Shown here: in pieces, positions 33,681 to 43,959 of the stretch
How the letters are laid out: each line of letters starts with the position of its first letter
Numbering within the stretch: the stretch's first letter is position 1
From: a virus
Lineage: Duplodnaviria > Heunggongvirae > Uroviricota > Caudoviricetes
DNA length: 64,000 nt
Strand: one strand, 5' to 3'
Virus record (IMG/VR): IMGVR_UViG_3300037423_001636
Coordinates: 141,169-205,168 of that record
Notes under the pieces: generated by a model
Seen by the model: only the letters and a program-made list of their open reading frames with translations
What the model was told of the DNA's origin: nothing
Databases searched by the model: none
Position numbers and translations under genes: made by a program

Positions 33681-33894
33681 CATCGGCCCAAGAATCACGT
33701 CTCCGTTACCTCCTGTCTAAGATGGAGGAACGAGCTGCTCCCGTAGGCCCAATGCACGCATGGTGGGATGATATCTTCGACATTCGTCTGCTTTTAGCTG
33801 GACAGCCAGAGAAAATGTGGTTCAAGTGGAGTGCAGAGCAGTGGATCGAAGAGTCTGAGAAGAATCTGAGGTCCGCTGGCATCGAAATACCTTC

Positions 33895-34980
33895 ATGACT
33901 CCTCCCGTCTCCATTCCTACAGCGCTTGAACTTCTTCGCACCATGACGCGGCCAGAAGAGATCTTCGGCGCGAACCCCGCCGACCTAGAGGACGTGTGGA
34001 AACTCTGGGCAAAGCGCGTTCATCCCGACATGGCTCCGACTGCGAAGCTAAAGGAGTTAGCCGACGAAGCGTTCAAACTGCTTACGGCCCTCAGAACGCA
34101 GGCCGAAGACAGAATCAGCCGCGGAGTTTACGGTTCCAAAACCCCCACTGTACTCGCAACTCTACGCACCAAGACCGCGGCCTATTCTCTCCACGTTCAA
34201 TCTGGCTCCGACGACATCTCAGACTATTTTGAAGGAGAGTCAGACAAGGCGGCGCAATGTGTCGTGCGGGCTGGCCGGGACCCGCGGAACAACGATCTTA
34301 TGAAGACCGAGGCTGATGTGCTGGCTGCACTCCCCGCCAAGCTGGAGCCCAAGCATGCGGCCTATTTCCCCGTTTTACTCGACTCATTCGAGGTTCAGGA
34401 GGGTAGCACGAAACGACGAGCGAATGTGTTCGTTCCTTCCGTCGGGGCCGTGACTCTGGAAGCGGTGCGAGCTGCATATCCCAAAGGGCTTGATGTGAAA
34501 GATGCGGCGTGGATGTGGAACCGAATGTTGGAGGCGCTGCATCTGCTTCACGGTCAGGGCTTCGTCCATGGGAACGTTACCCCAGACAGATTCACCATCA
34601 TTCCAGATACTCACGTTGGGACTCTGCGAGACTTTGCCTACGCGGTGAAGGCCGGCGGAAAGGCTAAGGCCATCAGCCCCAAGTGGCGTACATTCTATCC
34701 ACCAGAACTGACGGAGAAGAAAGAGCTTGACTTTAGCGCCGATCTGTTTTCTGCTGCCCACTGCATGAATTTCCTCCTCGGCGCAGACCTCGGCTCGACT
34801 CGCATCCCCGCTGGTATTCCAGTGGCGGTTGCGGGGCTCTTGCGGGCCTGCTGGTTGGGAAAGGCTCATCGGGTGAAATCTGCTCAGGAATTGCACGCGG
34901 ACTTCAAGGAGGTTCGCAAGGGTCTTGGCTGGAAGAGTGAGTTTAGAGCGTTCAGTGTCCCAACCGCAGTTTCAGTCTAA
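33895..34980 (+). CDS. J-domain (DnaJ-like, HPD motif) fused to a protein-kinase-like domain
   Basis: The N-terminus ...DLEDVWKLWAKRVHPDMAPTAKLKELADEAFKLLTAL matches J-domain helices II-III with the HPD motif. The C-terminus has a kinase-like catalytic loop LHGQGFVHGNVTPDRF (HGD/N-x4-N type) and a DF(G)-like LRDFAY. Confidence 0.5.
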   Translation: MTPPVSIPTALELLRTMTRPEEIFGANPADLEDVWKLWAKRVHPDMAPTAKLKELADEAFKLLTALRTQAEDRISRGVYGSKTPTVLATLRTKTAAYSLHVQSGSDDISDYFEGESDKAAQCVVRAGRDPRNNDLMKTEADVLAALPAKLEPKHAAYFPVLLDSFEVQEGSTKRRANVFVPSVGAVTLEAVRAAYPKGLDVKDAAWMWNRMLEALHLLHGQGFVHGNVTPDRFTIIPDTHVGTLRDFAYAVKAGGKAKAISPKWRTFYPPELTEKKELDFSADLFSAAHCMNFLLGADLGSTRIPAGIPVAVAGLLRACWLGKAHRVKSAQELHADFKEVRKGLGWKSEFRAFSVPTAVSV

Positions 34981-35481
34981 TCACAACTCGTTACATGGAT
35001 TCGCTAGCAAAACTCCTTTTCTCCAGCGTAATCGCCGCTCCTATCTCAGAGCGTCGGGTAGCCCTCAACGAAATCGATGGCTTCAGCATCAGCACGGCAT
35101 ACACAGACGATCAAGGCTATGAGACCGCCGTGTCTGGAACCGATGGTCACTGGCACCCCGTAGAGCGCTACGGGTCCAAGGAGATGGCCGCCGCTGGTCA
35201 CTTCAAGTGGGTCCAGTTAATCAAGGACGGTAAGCGTGACATCACAGTACTGGGGTACGACGACATCATAGACCCTCAAAACATCACTCTCAGTTAAGAT
35301 CAACCATTAATCCACTAAATCCTATGGGCGCTCCCTCAACCTATGACGAGCCCGCTGAAAAGCCGGCCACACCCGCGGCACCCGCGGCACCCGCCGCTCC
35401 AGCTGCTACAGAGCCAACTGTGTCTGCCACTCCCGTCAGCACAACCACCACAACGCCTACCGGCGAATAATCACTACTCAA

Positions 35482-36501
35482 ATGGGCTCCAGTTCATATT
35501 CACACGATGTATTCAGCGCCCGCATGGCATCGCACGATGCCGCCGGCACTTCAGCCTTCACCCACGACACTGATGTCAAGACTGGCAAAGCTGCACGCGC
35601 AGTTCATGCCACCCTCGATCCAAAATTGGTCGCCGGCCCCAAGTCTCCTTACGCTGGCAAGGTCATGCGGGAATCCCGCGACTCTGATGCGCATCCAAAC
35701 AGCGTCGCCATCGGCGTCCTTTTCGACGTGACTGGCAGCGTCGGCAACGGCCCACGTACATTCATCAAAAAGCTTGGTCCCCTGATGAGCCTCATCGTTA
35801 AGAAGGGCTATCTTGCCGACCCACAACTCCTCTATGGAGCCATTGGGGACGAAACCTCGGACGATGTGCCCCTCCAGATTGGTCAGTTCGAGGCGGGAAA
35901 CGAGCAAGAAGAATCTCTCTCGAAAATCTTCATCGAAGGAAATGGCGGCGGCCAGCATTACGAGAGCTACGAACTCGCCATGTACTTCATGTCCCGCCAT
36001 ACCTCAGCTGACTGCTGGGAGAAGCGCGGTAAGAAGGGCTATCTGTTCATTGTCGGCGACGAGCTGCCGCGCGAGAAGATTGATCGCAAGGCCGTCGAGC
36101 GGCTGATCGGTGACAAGCTGGACGAGAATCTGTCCACCGCCGAAGTCCTTGAGGAGCTGCGTGAGCACTATGAGGTCTATTGGATCTTCCCAAACTGCTC
36201 GTCCTACTACACGATGACGCTCACCAGCGAGCCGCTCATCCAGATGTTCGGCCAGAATTTCATCCGTCTGGAGAACATCGAAGAAATCGCGGAGGTTGTC
36301 GCGGCCACGATCGGTATCTCCGAGGGATTTAATCCAAAGGACATCGTGGACGACCTGATTGATGCCGGCCTCTCCAAGGCTGGGGCCAAACGCGCGACCA
36401 CTGCTCTTGCCACTATCGCTTCGACTTCCGTTACGAAGAAGTCTGCGACCGTGGAAGGCAAGTTGCCCAAGCGTGGCAAGGATTCGGCTGAACGGCTGTA
36501 G
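35482..36501 (+). CDS. Hypothetical protein with a vWA-like (MIDAS DxTGS) segment
   Basis: The sequence IGVLFDVTGSVGNGPRTF resembles a MIDAS motif. It continues with a C-terminal acidic/AKR-rich tail. Confidence 0.4.
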   Translation: MGSSSYSHDVFSARMASHDAAGTSAFTHDTDVKTGKAARAVHATLDPKLVAGPKSPYAGKVMRESRDSDAHPNSVAIGVLFDVTGSVGNGPRTFIKKLGPLMSLIVKKGYLADPQLLYGAIGDETSDDVPLQIGQFEAGNEQEESLSKIFIEGNGGGQHYESYELAMYFMSRHTSADCWEKRGKKGYLFIVGDELPREKIDRKAVERLIGDKLDENLSTAEVLEELREHYEVYWIFPNCSSYYTMTLTSEPLIQMFGQNFIRLENIEEIAEVVAATIGISEGFNPKDIVDDLIDAGLSKAGAKRATTALATIASTSVTKKSATVEGKLPKRGKDSAERL

Positions 36502-36781
36502 TCTTATGGCCGACAAGAAATCAGCTTACACAGTCAATGACCGGCGGGGCAAGGACCCGAAAACCCTTCCCTGCCGAGTCTGCGGCTGTCCCACCGTAGA
36601 GCACTCCAAGAATTACAATAGCCCTACTATGGAGTGCGTACAGTATCTACGTGGCAAGCTAGGCGCGTTGCAGGATGATGTGCGGGCTGCTTTGAATGAT
36701 TCTACCAAGTATCCACAGCTAAAAATGCACAAGATGCAGGAAGAGCGGTTGGAACGCGCACTCAAGAATCTGTGAATAACG

Positions 36782-38110
36782 ATGCCACGCGCATGGACAG
36801 TAACTGACCTACTTTTTGGTGACAGCGGAAAAGGAACGCTCACCGAAGCGTTGGTCCGTAGGTATAAGGTCCCGCTTGTGGTTAGGTATTCTGGCGGCCC
36901 GCAGTGCGGCCATAACGTGGTGCTGGAAAACGGTACTCACCACGTCTTCAGCCAATTCGGCGCTGGAACCCTAGCGGGCGCTCGCACTCTACTCACCAAA
37001 CACGTCCTCATCGATCCGGTTCGCCTGATCAATGAGGGCGATGTGTTGGAGAAGAAGGGTGTGTCAGATCCGTTCGGCCGTGTGATGATAGACACTCAGT
37101 GTCTCGTCATCACGCCTTTCCACCGAGCTGTAAACCGACTGAAAGAGCTGTCTCGTGGTGCCGCCCGGCACGGGAGCTGTGGAGTGGGCGTGGGGGAGAC
37201 CGCGGCTTATGCTCTCAAACATCCTGACACGGCGCTGCGAGTGGAAGATCTCTTGTTTCATAGAAAGACTAGAGAGAAGCTTGAGCAGATTTCCAAGGAC
37301 TGTGGGGAGGAGATTGTCCAGTTTTGCGGGGGAGCGATGCCTCCCGAAGGCGCGGCCGAATGGGGGGTTTTTACCAGCCCCGACACCATCGACGCGTATC
37401 TCAATCGCTACCGCACGTTCTGCGAATCTGGAGTTATATTCGTGTCTACTAAGACCGCGCTAAACCGCATTCGCACTCAGGACACTGTGTGGGAAGGCGC
37501 GCAAGGTGTGCTGCTAGATGAGTGGGTAGGATTCCACCCGTTCACAACTTGGTCCACAGTCACTTTACAACACGCCATCGAACACCTCGCGCTAGCCGGC
37601 GTTTCGCGTGACGATATCACGAATATCGGCGTCCTGCGCTGCTATGGCCACCGCCACGGTGCCGGCCCATTCCCCACGGAAAACGAGAGCCTCCGTCCTA
37701 TTCTCGACGACAAATACAATCCAGAGAATTTGTGGCAGGGACAGTTTAGAGTTGGCTGGTTTGACGCGGTGATGGCGGACTACGGGAAACGAGTAGCCGG
37801 GCCGATAGACCAGCTTGCGCTCACCCACATAGATAGATTGGCTAGCCGGGACAAGTGGCTATTGGCTACAGGATATCCCGGCGGCGAGATCCTACCGCCA
37901 CATCCAGAGGACTTCACAGCACGAGAACATCTGACAAACGATCTAATGAAGCTGCGTTCAGACGACTTGACCGTGGAGAACGTGGTCAGCTCGCGGGTGC
38001 CAGCAATTATCTCAGACTATCTTGATCTCCCGGTAACTGTCACGTCCAGTGGGCCGACATATGCCGACAAGCAGTTCTCGCAGACTCTTGTAGAATCAAT
38101 ATCTGCATAG
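36782..38110 (+). CDS. Adenylosuccinate synthetase homologue (PurA family; candidate PurZ of the 2-aminoadenine pathway)
   Basis: 442 aa. P-loop LLFGDSGKGT (PurA GDEGKGK). GGPQCGHN (PurA GGHNAGH). VWEGAQGVLLDEW (PurA FEGAQGTLLDID). An identical GAGPFPTE. VGWFD (PurA TGWLD). Confidence 0.75.
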   Translation: MPRAWTVTDLLFGDSGKGTLTEALVRRYKVPLVVRYSGGPQCGHNVVLENGTHHVFSQFGAGTLAGARTLLTKHVLIDPVRLINEGDVLEKKGVSDPFGRVMIDTQCLVITPFHRAVNRLKELSRGAARHGSCGVGVGETAAYALKHPDTALRVEDLLFHRKTREKLEQISKDCGEEIVQFCGGAMPPEGAAEWGVFTSPDTIDAYLNRYRTFCESGVIFVSTKTALNRIRTQDTVWEGAQGVLLDEWVGFHPFTTWSTVTLQHAIEHLALAGVSRDDITNIGVLRCYGHRHGAGPFPTENESLRPILDDKYNPENLWQGQFRVGWFDAVMADYGKRVAGPIDQLALTHIDRLASRDKWLLATGYPGGEILPPHPEDFTAREHLTNDLMKLRSDDLTVENVVSSRVPAIISDYLDLPVTVTSSGPTYADKQFSQTLVESISA

Positions 38111-38742
38111 CAGATTGTCAAAGCTGTGCTTTGGCGCTTGACAGATAGTGCAGAGTGTAGATGATGGTTCTCATGCCGAACCTACTGCGTGAAGGTATTT
38201 CCGCAATTCGACTCTCCTACGTAAAGCGGTTTGCTTCATTCGTACTGAGCTTGTCCGGCTATTCAGTTTTATTCTGGGCGGACTGGAGAGTCGCGCTTGG
38301 AGTCTGGCTCCTGCAATGGGGCGGCAATGTTTATCGTTCAATCGGCAGCTAATCTCAACCCTTTCATTCATTCTCATGGAAATCCGGCATGTAGACGGTT
38401 CCGTATCGGATACCGACAAACTCCCTGACACCACGGCCTTAGTTATGGAGAAAGTCAAGGAACTCCTTGACCTCTGTGAGGCGCATAAAATCCCGCTTCT
38501 GCTTAGGTTCAGTACCCATGATGGCAAGCACTCCGGCGCGCACTGCGCTCTTCATCCCACGAAGGAGGCCGGGCAAGTGATTATTGAGTTGGTGAGCGAT
38601 TGGTGCGATTTGATTGAGAGGTTCTGGCCGGGTTGTCGGGTCATGATCGTGCATGGAGAGCCGCCGGATGACTTGGACGACACAATGCGGAGATTGGACG
38701 AGCCGCCGCCGCCCACAATCTAAGCCTAGACTTAATCTCGTC

Positions 38743-40239
38743 ATGATTCTTCCCGAGCTTTCCCTGTCTAGCTGGGCGGGTATCACCGCGGCATTTGCGC
38801 TTCTCGCCGGGTTTTGGCGAAACGCGGTAGGTGTGGCACGCTGGTTTTCCAGCCTCATCATCTGCCGAACGATCATCAAGGACGAGGCGGCCCGTGCCGT
38901 CATGACACATTGTTGGAAGCATGGCCGACGTTCGCCTTTCGGCGTCCGGGCGTTTGGAGGTTTGCAGCACTACGTGTTTCCTCACAAGCGGGTTGAAGTG
39001 GTTGCGTTCGAAGGGGTCACTTCCGATCCTACACTTTTTTTCTTCGGCCGCGTACCAGCGTTGGTGTGCAATGGGCTTACCGGGAAGCAGCACGAATCCA
39101 TCAACATCGGAAGGCAGTGTGGAGACATTAACCCAGTGATCATCTGGTCTATTCGAGGCACACTGGATTTGGATGGCCTAATCGAACAGGCTGTCACCGA
39201 GTTCAATCAGCTGCGTCAGCAGCGGGTGGCCGGCAAGATGAAGGAGAAACGGTTCAACGTGTTTCGAATGGACGGAGATGGAGGCTACGCCCCGACGAAC
39301 GCAGGTTCTAAAAGCGATGAAGTTCCAACGGCCCGTAGCAATATGGAAGAGATGGTGTCCAGTATCCAGCACGGAGAATTACGGCTGATTAGCTGGAAGT
39401 TCGAAGACCTGATTGAACGGAACAGCGATATGCCACCGTTCAGCCTATATCCGACAGATCCGGAAGTCCTCGCCCAGTTCGACGAAATCGATACATGGCT
39501 AAAGAAAGAAGAATGGTTCCGGGCGAAAGGGGTGCCGTGGCGGCGGGGCTATCTTCTCTATGGACCGCCCGGCGCTGGTCGTTCGACTTTGGTAAAGAAT
39601 CTGGCAATCAAGCATGATCTACCTATCTACTCATTCGATCTTTCCACGTTCTCCAATCGATCATTCGTAAACGCGTGGAAAAATGCGCAGCAGAATGCGC
39701 CAGCCATTGTACTGCTTGAAGATATAGATAGCGTGTTCCTCGGCCGCACGAATTGCCTACAGGCCCAAGCCACCACGAAACAGTTACTCACTTTCGACTG
39801 TCTTCTGAATACCATTAGTGGGGTCGGCTCTTGTGATGGCATATTACTCTTTGTAACCACAAACAAGGTTGAGACTCTCGATTCTGCGTTGGGCACGCCT
39901 AATGACGGAAACCATTCCAACTGCTCTAGCTCACGTCCGGGGCGCTTGGATCGCTGTATCTATCTGGGAGAAATGAAGGAGCCACAGCGGCGCAAACTGG
40001 CAAATCTGATTCTTGGAGAGTGGCCTGATGTCGTGGATGGAGTGGTGGCGGCTGGTGATGGAGAAATGGCGGCGCAGTTTCAGGAGAGATGTGTGCGTGA
40101 AGCGACTAAGCTATTTTGGACGCGCGGTGGGGTGGAGTGTGATCCACCTAAAAATAGAGGGGCGGCGACAATATCAGTAGCTACCACTGTTGATCGGTTA
40201 AAGGAGCTATTCGATGAAAAAGATCGTATTATGTCATGA
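38743..40239 (+). CDS. Membrane-anchored AAA+ ATPase (BCS1-like)
   Basis: N-terminal transmembrane segment LPELSLSSWAGITAAFALLAGFW. Walker A YLLYGPPGAGRST. Walker B VLLEDIDS. Second region of homology PGRLDRCIY. Confidence 0.65.
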   Translation: MILPELSLSSWAGITAAFALLAGFWRNAVGVARWFSSLIICRTIIKDEAARAVMTHCWKHGRRSPFGVRAFGGLQHYVFPHKRVEVVAFEGVTSDPTLFFFGRVPALVCNGLTGKQHESINIGRQCGDINPVIIWSIRGTLDLDGLIEQAVTEFNQLRQQRVAGKMKEKRFNVFRMDGDGGYAPTNAGSKSDEVPTARSNMEEMVSSIQHGELRLISWKFEDLIERNSDMPPFSLYPTDPEVLAQFDEIDTWLKKEEWFRAKGVPWRRGYLLYGPPGAGRSTLVKNLAIKHDLPIYSFDLSTFSNRSFVNAWKNAQQNAPAIVLLEDIDSVFLGRTNCLQAQATTKQLLTFDCLLNTISGVGSCDGILLFVTTNKVETLDSALGTPNDGNHSNCSSSRPGRLDRCIYLGEMKEPQRRKLANLILGEWPDVVDGVVAAGDGEMAAQFQERCVREATKLFWTRGGVECDPPKNRGAATISVATTVDRLKELFDEKDRIMS

Positions 40240-40789
40240 TCTACTTCCCCCAACGTTCCCTTACAGACTGCTTGCTCACTGGGCTTGAATGTCTGCTGCA
40301 AAAGCCCCGTGAATCGATGAATCAAAGCGCTCTCGATTTCTATGAGGGTGGCTATCTGTCCTACCGTTCAGTCGGCAGGATTCTCTCCATAGAATGCAAG
40401 CGCTATGGTGTCATGCAAGCGGACATCGTGCCCCACCTCTGGAGAGAATCCATTCCCATGCTCATCGGTGCCCGCATGCCGCGACACAAGCTGAGTGAAC
40501 ATGGGCGCGCACTCCATTGCGTGTTTTGGGATGGTCGCGGCTGGCTGTGGGAACCACATGAACAGAGATTCATGGATGAGGATTTGAGAGAGCTGAGGGT
40601 GGCGTATGCGATAGTTTCTGAGGACAGTAAGATGAATAGAAAATGTGGCGATCTCTCTTGGTTCGATGCGTGGGACAAGAATTGCCGGCGGTTTCATGCG
40701 TTACCTCCGGGCGAAAGACAAGCGTTGACGAAGCAGGCGAACGAGATTGAGATGAGCGGAGACCGTTCGTGTTGGTTGGAGGTGGTGGG

Positions 40790-41170
40790 ATGAAGCTCGC
40801 CATAATCGGCTCGCGGTCCTTTCAGGACTACGATTTACTCTGTCAGACCATGGACAAATGGTTTTACGAGCCTCGTGGCGGAACATCGTGTCCGATGTGG
40901 CTCTACAACGTTCGTGAGATTGTATCAGGCGGCGCGGCTGGAGCAGATAGCCTTGGTGCCCGCTGGGCCAGAGAGCAGGGGATCAAGCTGACCGAATTCA
41001 AACCGGATTGGGAGAAACATGGGAGGCGAGCTGGTTTTATCCGGAACGAGGATATAGTGGCCGCTTCAGACGTGGTGCTTTCATTTTGGGATGGGGTAAG
41101 CCGGGGCACTGCAAACAGTTTATCGATTGCCAAGAGACTCAAGAAGCCGACGATCATCATCTATTTCTGA
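40790..41170 (+). CDS. SLOG / DUF2493 (YspA-like) protein, second paralogue
   Basis: The sequence MKLAIIGSRSF...VSGGAAGADSLGARWAREQGIKLTEF...VVLSFWDG matches the SLOG Rossmann signature (GSR...GGA.G.D). Confidence 0.55.
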   Translation: MKLAIIGSRSFQDYDLLCQTMDKWFYEPRGGTSCPMWLYNVREIVSGGAAGADSLGARWAREQGIKLTEFKPDWEKHGRRAGFIRNEDIVAASDVVLSFWDGVSRGTANSLSIAKRLKKPTIIIYF

Positions 41171-41172
41171 CC

Positions 41173-42822
41173 ATGCCAGACAACATCCTCGAAGCCTCTT
41201 TAGTCTCTTTAGAAGAAGCCGAACGTCTCGACAAGTGGGCCGCGCTTCATGAGAAAGCCCAATCCCGCGCATTCGTCCGGCTAGAGCTGGCGCATGAGGA
41301 CCCGGTGAAAGGTGGGCGCATCTATAATGTGCGCTATCGTCGGTTTTGCTACAAGGATTATAAGCATGCTCGCTGCCAGATTTACGAAAGCCCTCATTCC
41401 CTATCGTTCTCCTATCAGACGCAGAGCAATGGGCGAATGAGTGAGAGTTGGCGCTACGTCTGCTCGTTTAGATCTGGACGGTTGCGGCTGTTCAAGGTGA
41501 GTCCTCCACGTGACGCCGCTGATGTTGGCAAAAAGGTCATTCGTAGTGGGTTCCCAGAGCGCTTTGACCTCATGGCGGCCATCAAAGAGCCTTATCCGGC
41601 CGCGAAAAAGCGGTTTGCTCGTCGGTTCATAAAAATGTTGAGGGCCAAAGCGCGGACTAATGGCGCGACCCTACCAAAAGGGGATTTCGACGATCTCACC
41701 GAGTTTCTCATTCAAGCACTCTGGCCGGCGGCGAAGTCTGTGCGGGAGCAGTTTAAGGCGATTCGCGGGACCGAACTCAATATTGATCACAATCTCCGCT
41801 GGATTCTTCGGCGGCTCCGTGGAGCGCCAGACTCCATCGTAAAGAGCATGACAGGATATGACTCTCGTGTAGTGACTCGGCTATTCTGGGAGGCGATAAA
41901 ATGCCAACCTCGTGATTCAAAGCGTCCCTATGTCCCTAATCTTAACGAGGATAACTGGGAATCCAAATGGAGCTGGCTGGCCCTCCTGAGGACCTATCTA
42001 CCCGTGGACTATACTCAGCAAATCCTCAAATCCGAGAAGATTGCTGAATGGTGCATTCGGTTCAGCGAAGACCCCTCCGCGCTTCGCCGCTTCCTGAAGC
42101 AGTGGGACGCGAAGAAGGTGACGAGAATGTTGACCGATACCTGCGCGGATGGATTCACGATTCGCGACACAATGCAGATGCTGGATCAATGGCCGAATCA
42201 ACACAACGGCGAACAGCTCACGCGACGATTTAAGGACATTCCTGAGATGCACGAATGGTTGTCAGCTGAACGTAATCGCGCCGTCGTAGAACGACAGGCG
42301 GCATGGGTACGCCGCATGCAGAACCTACAGAACCAGATGACGCCAGAACAACGGGCGGAGGAAGAGGCCCGGGAAGCCGCGTGGAAGAAGAAGCAGGAAG
42401 AACCTCTCTCCCGGATGGAATGGGCCAAGGAAATTGATGGCGACATGGTCATGACTCCAGACGGTAAAGTCTACATGATAGTCGCGCCGAAGACGGGGCT
42501 TGACCTCGTCGCGTGGGGAGAGTCCATGAGGAATTGCATCGGGTCTTACCGCGCGCAGATTGAGACAGGATATTCACGAATCCTTGGGGTCATAGAAGGC
42601 AGTGAGATAAAATGGGGTATAGAAATTGATCCTAAAACCCGGCGCGTTATTCAGTTTAGAGGAGTCTGCAACAAGGAGGCTCCACTAGAAGTGAGGAATG
42701 CGGTAGAGAGTGAACTGGTCAAGCATAGGCTGATCGACTTTGCGTATCACCAGAAAGTAACACTTGAACCGGGCGCTTACGCTGCGATAGCCGCCCTAGA
42801 CCCTGCTGAAACGATTTTCTAA
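41173..42822 (+). CDS. Hypothetical large protein
   Basis: 549-aa ORF from the ATG at 41173. The six-frame ORF starting at 41008 overlaps the SLOG gene in another frame and was trimmed. Confidence 0.45.
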   Translation: MPDNILEASLVSLEEAERLDKWAALHEKAQSRAFVRLELAHEDPVKGGRIYNVRYRRFCYKDYKHARCQIYESPHSLSFSYQTQSNGRMSESWRYVCSFRSGRLRLFKVSPPRDAADVGKKVIRSGFPERFDLMAAIKEPYPAAKKRFARRFIKMLRAKARTNGATLPKGDFDDLTEFLIQALWPAAKSVREQFKAIRGTELNIDHNLRWILRRLRGAPDSIVKSMTGYDSRVVTRLFWEAIKCQPRDSKRPYVPNLNEDNWESKWSWLALLRTYLPVDYTQQILKSEKIAEWCIRFSEDPSALRRFLKQWDAKKVTRMLTDTCADGFTIRDTMQMLDQWPNQHNGEQLTRRFKDIPEMHEWLSAERNRAVVERQAAWVRRMQNLQNQMTPEQRAEEEAREAAWKKKQEEPLSRMEWAKEIDGDMVMTPDGKVYMIVAPKTGLDLVAWGESMRNCIGSYRAQIETGYSRILGVIEGSEIKWGIEIDPKTRRVIQFRGVCNKEAPLEVRNAVESELVKHRLIDFAYHQKVTLEPGAYAAIAALDPAETIF

Positions 42823-43959
42823 TGGTTCCATCCACACCATACCTCTTCGTTGAGATCTGGGTCCCGAAACGCGCACCCTACAATCACCCAGACCACGGCT
42901 GGCCCTCTATCGTGGGGGACTTTGTTAGGCCATTGGCGGAGGCTCATCCGGGACTGCTGATCTGGTTTCTTCGCGAGGGACCATGGTTCCAACTCTGTTT
43001 TGCGGCTCCGCCACAGTCTTTTCTAAGCGGGTTGGGTTACACTCTCACCGACGTGCAGAATAGTATGCGGAATATTGCTAGAGCCCGTGGATTCCACATT
43101 AAGCGATATATTCGCGGCAGCACTCTCGGCGGCGCGCTGGGCGGTTCCCGCTGGAATGCAGTGTCTGAACAAGGGCGGCCTAATGAGGGGGTGCGCTCTC
43201 TATTGCTTGCGCAAGCTTGTCACGCGGTCTGCGCTGTTTACATGAACACTCTCGTGCGGGAAGGCCGTGGCAAATCTCGACATTGGGAGGTGGGCCGCCC
43301 CGAATGCACGAAACAGAATCCTCATGGCAATCTGTTCGAATCATTTATGCATCTTGTAGCCAATATCACCGACGCTCAGTTCGACGTGCAGATTCAAGCT
43401 CGGACCCGATGGATGCATGATGGCTGGCAGAAGACGAGTGTGACGTGTCATCTTTGATCTCCATATGAACGAACCCGACTCACCCGATCTTCCCGCGATT
43501 CCAGAGACTCTGGAAGAAGCCGTGGACCAAATTGTGAGTGTAATGGACGAAACGACCAAGGTTCAGTGGCGGGCGGCCAAGAGCCCAGAGTTCACTTCAA
43601 ACTTTCATTTCGGCGGCGGCATGTCGATGAGAAACGGCTGGGGACTCTGGCATCACAAAACCCCACTTTCACGCTGGCTCTTAGAGCGCAGGATATTCCA
43701 CGGCGATGACGCTTCGCAAGTTATCTTCAACGCTGTGTGGCGGCGACTAAAAGGTCTGTCTATTGATGACGCTTGGTTGGCAGAGCGCGCGGCATTCTAC
43801 GAGGACTATTGGGCACGAACTGCTGGACTGACTTGGGACCAAAAGCCTATCCCGGGCTGGAAGGCTCCAAAAAATGGGTGGAAGTATCGTAGGAACCGGG
43901 CTACGGGAGAATGGGAGATGGAACGAGATGATGGGGATGAGGCAGAATCTCCTTGACGA

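Noticed and set aside
41008-41172. N-terminal extension of the 604-aa ORF overlapping the SLOG gene
   Set aside because: The extension overlaps the upstream gene in another frame, and translational-coupling geometry favours the ATG at 41173.
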